From: Octopus sinensis
Taxonomy: Eukaryota
DNA length: 14,176 nt
Direction: 5' to 3'
NCBI RefSeq assembly: GCF_006345805.1
Contig: NW_021825882.1
Span: forward strand, 1-14,176
How positions within the stretch are numbered: position 1 is the first letter of the stretch; every line of letters starts with the position of its first letter. This document shows positions 9,122 to 14,176 of the stretch, piece after piece. The translations under genes and the position numbers were made by a program. The notes beneath the pieces were generated by a model, which saw only the letters and a list, made by a program, of their open reading frames with translations, was not told where the DNA came from and did no database searches.

Positions 9122-9130
9122 TATCATTAT
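8545..9130. repeat. Long (ATT)n array with ACT/ATC/GTT variants, interrupted at 8836-8889
   Basis: Read directly from the sequence. Confidence 0.95.
8836..8889 (-). mobile_element. 54-bp 5'-truncated copy of family D retroelement 3' end in an (ATT)n array
   Basis: tgagtgagagaggagtgcatgccatcaaagtgacactggggtaaaatatacgaa is nearly identical to 11223-11275; (ATT)n on both sides. Confidence 0.85.
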
Positions 9131-9458
9131 TGGTGCTGCTGCTGTTGCTGCCTTAGTTGACGTTGTTACTGCTGCTGCAGTTGCAGCCATTGCAACTATT
9201 GCTGTTGTTCCAGATGCACCTGTTGATGTTAACGGTGTTAAAGCTGCTGCAGTTTGTAACCACTGCTGTTGTTATTCTCGTTGTTGCTGGTGCAGCTGCT
9301 GCTGCTGCTGTTGGGATTTCGGTTTTCTGCAGTTGTTGCTAACGTTTATGCTGCTGTGACTCTGTGGTTGCTATTGTGTTTGTTGTTGTTGCTACCACTT
9401 CTACTGCTGCTGTTTTTTTTTGTTTTTTGCAGTTGATGTTGCTGTTTCTACTGATTTA

Positions 9459-9889
9459 ACTCTTTTACTTGTTTCAGTCATTTGACTGCGGCCATGCTGG
9501 AGCACCGGCTTTAGTCGAGCAAATTGACCCCGGGACTAATTCTTTTGTAAGCCCAGTACTTATTCTATCGGTCTCTTTTGCCGAACCGCTAAGTGACGGG
9601 GACGTAAACACACCAGCATCGGTTGTCAAGCAATGCTAGGGGGACAAACACACACACATACAAACACACACGCACACACACACACACACACACATACACA
9701 CACATATATATATACATATATACGGCAGGCTTCTTTCAGTTTCCGTCTACCAAATCCACTCACAAGGCATTGGTCGGCCCGGGGCTATAGCAGAAGACAC
9801 TTGCCCAAGATGCCACGCGGTGGGACTGAACCCGGAACCATGTGGCTGGCTGGTTAGCAAGCTACTTACCACACAGCCACTCCTGCGCC
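9459..9889 (-). mobile_element. tRNA-derived SINE, family A, copy 3
   Basis: Reverse complement starts ggcgcaggagtggctgtgtggtaagtagc and ends actgaaacaagtaaaagagt; 4-bp duplication (tggc) in the tRNA-like head at ~9843-9850; internal (CA)/(TA) run ~9648-9722. TSD unclear. Confidence 0.92.
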
Positions 9890-10296
9890 GATGTTTCAAC
9901 AACACGTGCTGCTACCGCTGCTGTTGTTGTTCTTGTTCCTGCTGCTGCTGTTGTTGATGTTGTCTCTACTGCTGCTGCTGCAGTTATATATCAATACAGT
10001 TATTATTGACATTATTATTCCCCATCTTGTTTATGTTCCTTTCGCCCCTTATTGCTCTTCCTATCCCCCACCTACTGCAGTTGTTGAGATTGCTGCAGTT
10101 GTTGGTGCAATTTCACTGATGCAGATATTATTGTTGTAGCTACTGCAGTAATTTTCTCTTGTTGCTGTTGGTACACGTGCTACTGCGGCAGTTGTTGTTA
10201 CTGCTGCTGTAGCAGTTGACGCTGTTGTTGTTGTTGTTGTTGTGTTTTTTTGTTTGTTGGTATAGTTGATATTTTCTGATTGCTATCGTTCCTGTA

Positions 10297-10744
10297 GGCG
10301 CAGGAGTGGCTGTGTGGTAAGTAGCTTGCCTACCAACCACATGGTTCCGGGTTCAGTCCCACTGCATGGTACCTTGGGCAAGTGTCTTCTACTATAGCCT
10401 CGGGCCGACCAAAGCCTTGTGAGTGGATTTGGTAGACGGAAACTGAAAGAAGTCCTTCGTATATATGTATATATATATATTTATATATATGTATATATAT
10501 ATATATATATATATGTTGTATATATATATATATGTGCGTGTATGTTCGTGTGTATGTGTGTCCTCCTAGCATTGCTTGACAACCGATGCTGGTGTGTTTA
10601 TGTCCCCGTCACTTAGCGGTTCAGCAAAAAGAGACCGGTAGAATAAGTACTGTGCTTACAAAGAATAAGTCCCGGGTTCGAGTTGCTCGACTAAAGGCGG
10701 TGCTCCAGCATGGCCGCAGTCAAATGACTGAAACAAGTACAAGA
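10297..10744 (+). mobile_element. tRNA-derived SINE, family A, copy 4, with TSD
   Basis: Starts ggcgcaggagtggctgtgtggtaag, ends actgaaacaagtacaaga; 8-bp TSD gttcctgt at 10288-10295 and 10745-10752; expanded internal (TA)n/(TG)n ~10459-10560. Confidence 0.93.
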
Positions 10745-11090
10745 GTTCCTGTTATCATTATTGCTGGTGTTGCTGTTGATGTTTATATTATTGCTGCTGC
10801 TCCTTAAGTTGCATTTCTTGCTGTTGTTGTCATTATTATTTGTATTGTTGTTGTTGTTGCTATGGCTGCTCCTGGCGGTAACCCGACTGTTTGTTATTGA
10901 TGTATTGTCGTTGTTTCTCTTAAGGTTGCTATCGTTCATATTAATGTTGCAAATGTTACTTCTGCGATTATTGCTAATGACAAGTTTGTTTGTTGGCAGT
11001 TGCTAATGTTACAGGTGTTTTTGCTACGATTTGTATCGTCATAACTATTAACGTTGTTGTAAATATTTTTGAAGTTGTTTTTGTTGTTGC

Positions 11091-11210
11091 TATTATTATT
11101 ATTATTATCATCATTATTATTAATATTATTATTATTATTATTATTATTATCATCATTATTATTATTTATTATTATTATTATTATTATATATTATTATTAT
11201 TTATTATTAT
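11091..11210. repeat. (ATT)n microsatellite (tail or target of family D element)
   Basis: Read directly from the sequence. Confidence 0.9.
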
Positions 11211-11222
11211 GATTGATTGCAT

Positions 11223-11667
11223 TGAGTGAGAGAGCAGTGCATGCCATCAAAGGACACTAGGGTAAAATATACGAAGCCCAGTATACTCATCATGTCTACC
11301 CGTTTGATAAGGGTACACTAGGCACATGCATCACAACCATATGGTGCGCGCGTGGTGATCTCATATCAAGATAAACAGCAATGACCTTGCAGGTGGGGCC
11401 CAGTTAGGATTTCCTTCTGGTCGAGTAACCCATCCCACTGAATAAGGGTTGTTTAAGGATGTTGAACGAAATACCCATGTTTCCAGAGGAGAATTATTCA
11501 AACCCCAACGAATCCCTCTCAACACATGGCCATGATGCTCCCCCACTACTTCTGCTTGTGATCAGAGATGCACATATCGCCAGCCACTAAGGGACATGGT
11601 CAACTGGTTAAAGTCAAGCAACTGACAATCAAATCTGTGGTATTGAGCAGAATATTTGCTGGAGCCC
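11223..11667 (-). mobile_element. Family D retroelement (~445 bp; LINE 3' UTR or non-autonomous derivative) in a (TAA)n array
   Basis: Complex sequence flanked on both sides by (ATT)n; shares its left end with the 54-bp copy at 8836-8889, implying that end is the 3' end (minus strand ...ctctctcactca then AAT repeats). No recognisable ORF. Confidence 0.75.
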
Positions 11668-11718
<51 letters not shown>

Positions 11719-11740
11719 CATTATTATTATTATTATTATT
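11668..11740. repeat. (ATT)n microsatellite
   Basis: Read directly from the sequence. Confidence 0.9.
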
Positions 11741-12026
11741 GAGGCTATTGAAATTGTTATTTGGGTTGCTATAGTCCCTCATGTTGCTATCGTAGTTTTT
11801 TTTTTTTTTTGCTATCGTTATTGCTGTGATTACTATAGATTCAATTGTTATCATTGCTGTTAAAGTTATAGCTATTATTGCTATTGTTGTTGCTATTGTC
11901 CATGCTAAGTTTGTTCTTACTGGCGTTGGTGACTGTAAACGTTGACATTGCCATTGTTGCTATTGTGGGTAATATTATTCTTAATATTGTTGTTTTTGAT
12001 GCAGCCCTTATTGCTCATGCCGCTAC

Positions 12027-12193
12027 TCGTTAGAGACCCAGACAAAATGCCTTGCGGTATTTGTCCCAGCTCAAATCCCTTCTCAGTGGAAATCCCACTT
12101 GAAGTCAATAAAAGGAATTACTTGTCAAGTTCCGAACTCGTTGCTTTCGACTCACCCACTCCGCTCAAAATAGCTATTCTTGTACTCAAAGTT
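12027..12193 (+). mobile_element. Diverged, internally deleted family B SINE
   Basis: tcgttagagacccagacaaaatgccttgcggtatttg...gaagtcaataaaa...tcgactcacccactccgctcaaaatagctattcttgt is colinear with 8320-8520 but lacks the central segment. Confidence 0.6.
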
Positions 12194-12356
12194 GTTGCTA
12201 TTCGAAGTCTATGTTATTGTTACTGTAGCGAATGTTGGTTATTGCTTCAGTATTGTTGCTATTATTGGTTTGCAGTCATTGCGGCTAATTGTTGCTAATA
12301 TTTCGCTGCATTGATTGTTGTTGCTATTTTTGTCACAATTGCAGCATAGGTTCTCT

Positions 12357-12371
12357 GCAGCAGCAGCAGCT

Positions 12372-12409
<38 letters not shown>

Positions 12410-12416
12410 TGTGGTG

Positions 12417-12472
<56 letters not shown>

Positions 12473-12480
12473 TGGTGGTG

Positions 12481-12515
<35 letters not shown>

Positions 12516-12565
12516 GGTAGTAGTAGTAGTGGTGATGGTGGTGGTAGTAGTAGTAGTAGTAGTAG
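12357..12565. repeat. (GCA)4 followed by (GTA)n/(GTG)n array
   Basis: (GCA) 12357-12370; GTA/GTG 12375-12565. Confidence 0.9.
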
Positions 12566-12715
12566 ATGTTATTGTCATTGTTGCTATTGTTTTTATTGAT
12601 GTTACTATTGTTGCGTTTATTATTTTTTTCTTTTTACCTTTCCTTCTCTACCATGTCACTTCCATCATCAACTTTCTATTCTCGCTATCCTCCACCCTTT
12701 CACCCCTCTTTTGTA

Positions 12716-12955
12716 ACTACTACTACTGCTACTACTACTACTAGTACTACTACTACTACTACTCCTACTACTACTACGACTATTGCTACTGTGACTAACT
12801 ACTACTACTTACTACTCTACTGCCAACTCCTACTATACTACTGCTACTACTGACTACTACTACTACTACTACTACTACTACCGCTACTACTACTTTACTA
12901 CTACTATTACTACTATATACTACTACGACTTATTGTATGCTGCTCTAAACTACTA

Positions 12956-12990
<35 letters not shown>

Positions 12991-13016
12991 TACTACTGCT
13001 GCTGCTGCTGCTGCTG

Positions 13017-13049
<33 letters not shown>

Positions 13050-13066
13050 TACTACTACTACTGCTA
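12716..13066. repeat. (ACT)n array containing a (CTG)7 run
   Basis: ACT/TAC from 12716; CTG run 12996-13018; TAC continues to ~13066. Confidence 0.9.
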
Positions 13067-13103
13067 CAAAGACACTTTCTGATCCACCCGTCTACCGCAC
13101 ATC

Positions 13104-13290
13104 TCTCTCTCTCTCTCTCTTTCTCTCTACCAGTAACACCATTATCACGACACTCGGGTCTCCTAAAGTACATCTGTGCAAGGCTACCTTCTGCAGCATG
13201 CATGTCTTGGGTGTGTGTGTGTGTGTGTGTGTGGTGGTGGTGCGTGTGACGTGCACGCGTATCTGTGTGTGTGCACGAGTGTGCATGTGT
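13104..13290. repeat. (CT)n and (GT)n microsatellites around an ~80-bp unique spacer
   Basis: (CT)n ~13104-13128; (GT)n ~13211-13232 with degenerate GT to ~13290. Confidence 0.8.
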
Positions 13291-13374
13291 GAGAGGGAGA
13301 GCGTTAATGCTCCTTTGAAAGTAGATGAGTACGTGCGTAATTATAAATTTATGCCTATGTAAATATATGGTTTT

Positions 13375-13395
13375 CTATGTGTATGTGTGTGTGTT

Positions 13396-13426
<31 letters not shown>

Positions 13427-14125
13427 ATGTATGTATGTATATATATATCTATATATATATATATATATATATGCATTATTGTATATATGTGTATGTATAT
13501 ATATATATATATATATATGCAAAAATGTATTATTTTTTGCCTTTGAGGGTATGTGTCAATGTATGTATATTTATATATACCAATACATGCATACAAACAT
13601 ACATGTATGTATGAATATATATGATATATATATATAATATAGATATATATTACACATACATATATATGTGTGTGGTGTGTATATATACGTACATACATAC
13701 ATATATATATATGTATATATATGTCTATATATATATATATATTATATATATATTATATATATGTATATATATATATGTATATGTATCTATATATATATAT
13801 ATCTTATATATATATTATATATAGATATATATAATATATATATATATATATTATATATATATATATTATATATATATATAATATATGATACAAAACACGT
13901 ATTTATGTGATGCACGGACGTATACGCGTATTCAAATGTTGGGTGTGTCTGCACACACACACACACACATACACACACACATACACACACACACACATAC
14001 ACACACACACAAGACATTACACATGTATATATGTGTGTGTATGTATGCATCATTGTATGTATGTATGTATGTATGTATGTATCTATGTATCTATGTATGT
14101 GTGCAAATATATATGTATATGTACA
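13375..14125. repeat. Long compound (TG)/(TATG)/(TA)/(CA) alternating purine-pyrimidine tract
   Basis: Read directly from the sequence; includes ~200 bp of nearly pure A/T alternation at ~13700-13887. Confidence 0.9.
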
Positions 14126-14176
14126 TGAGTGCGCCATCTATGATAAAGTTGTAAAGCGAAGCAGCAGAAAGGTTGG

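Noticed and set aside
8379-9359. Poly-Ile/Leu membrane-like ORFs
   Set aside because: Translations of (ATT)n arrays.
13325-14154. Tyr/Ile/Cys/Val-rich ORFs
   Set aside because: Translations of TA/TG/CA dinucleotide repeats.

Overview
Repeat-dominated, AT-rich eukaryotic non-coding DNA (intron or intergenic). From memory of the repeat families it looks like an octopus/coleoid cephalopod genome; this was not checked by search. I find no intact protein-coding gene, RNA gene or CRISPR array, and nearly all ORFs in the track are translations of microsatellites or SINEs. Supported content: (A) four ~415-455 bp copies of a tRNA-derived SINE with an internal TA/TG microsatellite, two with clear target-site duplications; (B) two copies of a second tRNA-like SINE; (C) three old copies of an (AAC)n-tailed retroposon, one split by a family-A SINE; (D) two copies of a retroelement 3' end inserted in (TAA)n arrays; an internally deleted hAT (Buster/Charlie-like) DNA transposon with TIRs, 8-bp TSD and a transposase C-terminal remnant; a decayed CR1/L2/Jockey-group LINE reverse-transcriptase fragment; and many microsatellites. 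The most notable higher-order features are several fold-back arrangements (inverted SINE pair, compound CAG-GTA/TAC-CTG inversion, CAN/NTG polarity switch around a unique island, a perfect 19-bp palindrome) and nested or microsatellite-targeted insertions. I see no convincing novel biological system; findings are of modest interest.
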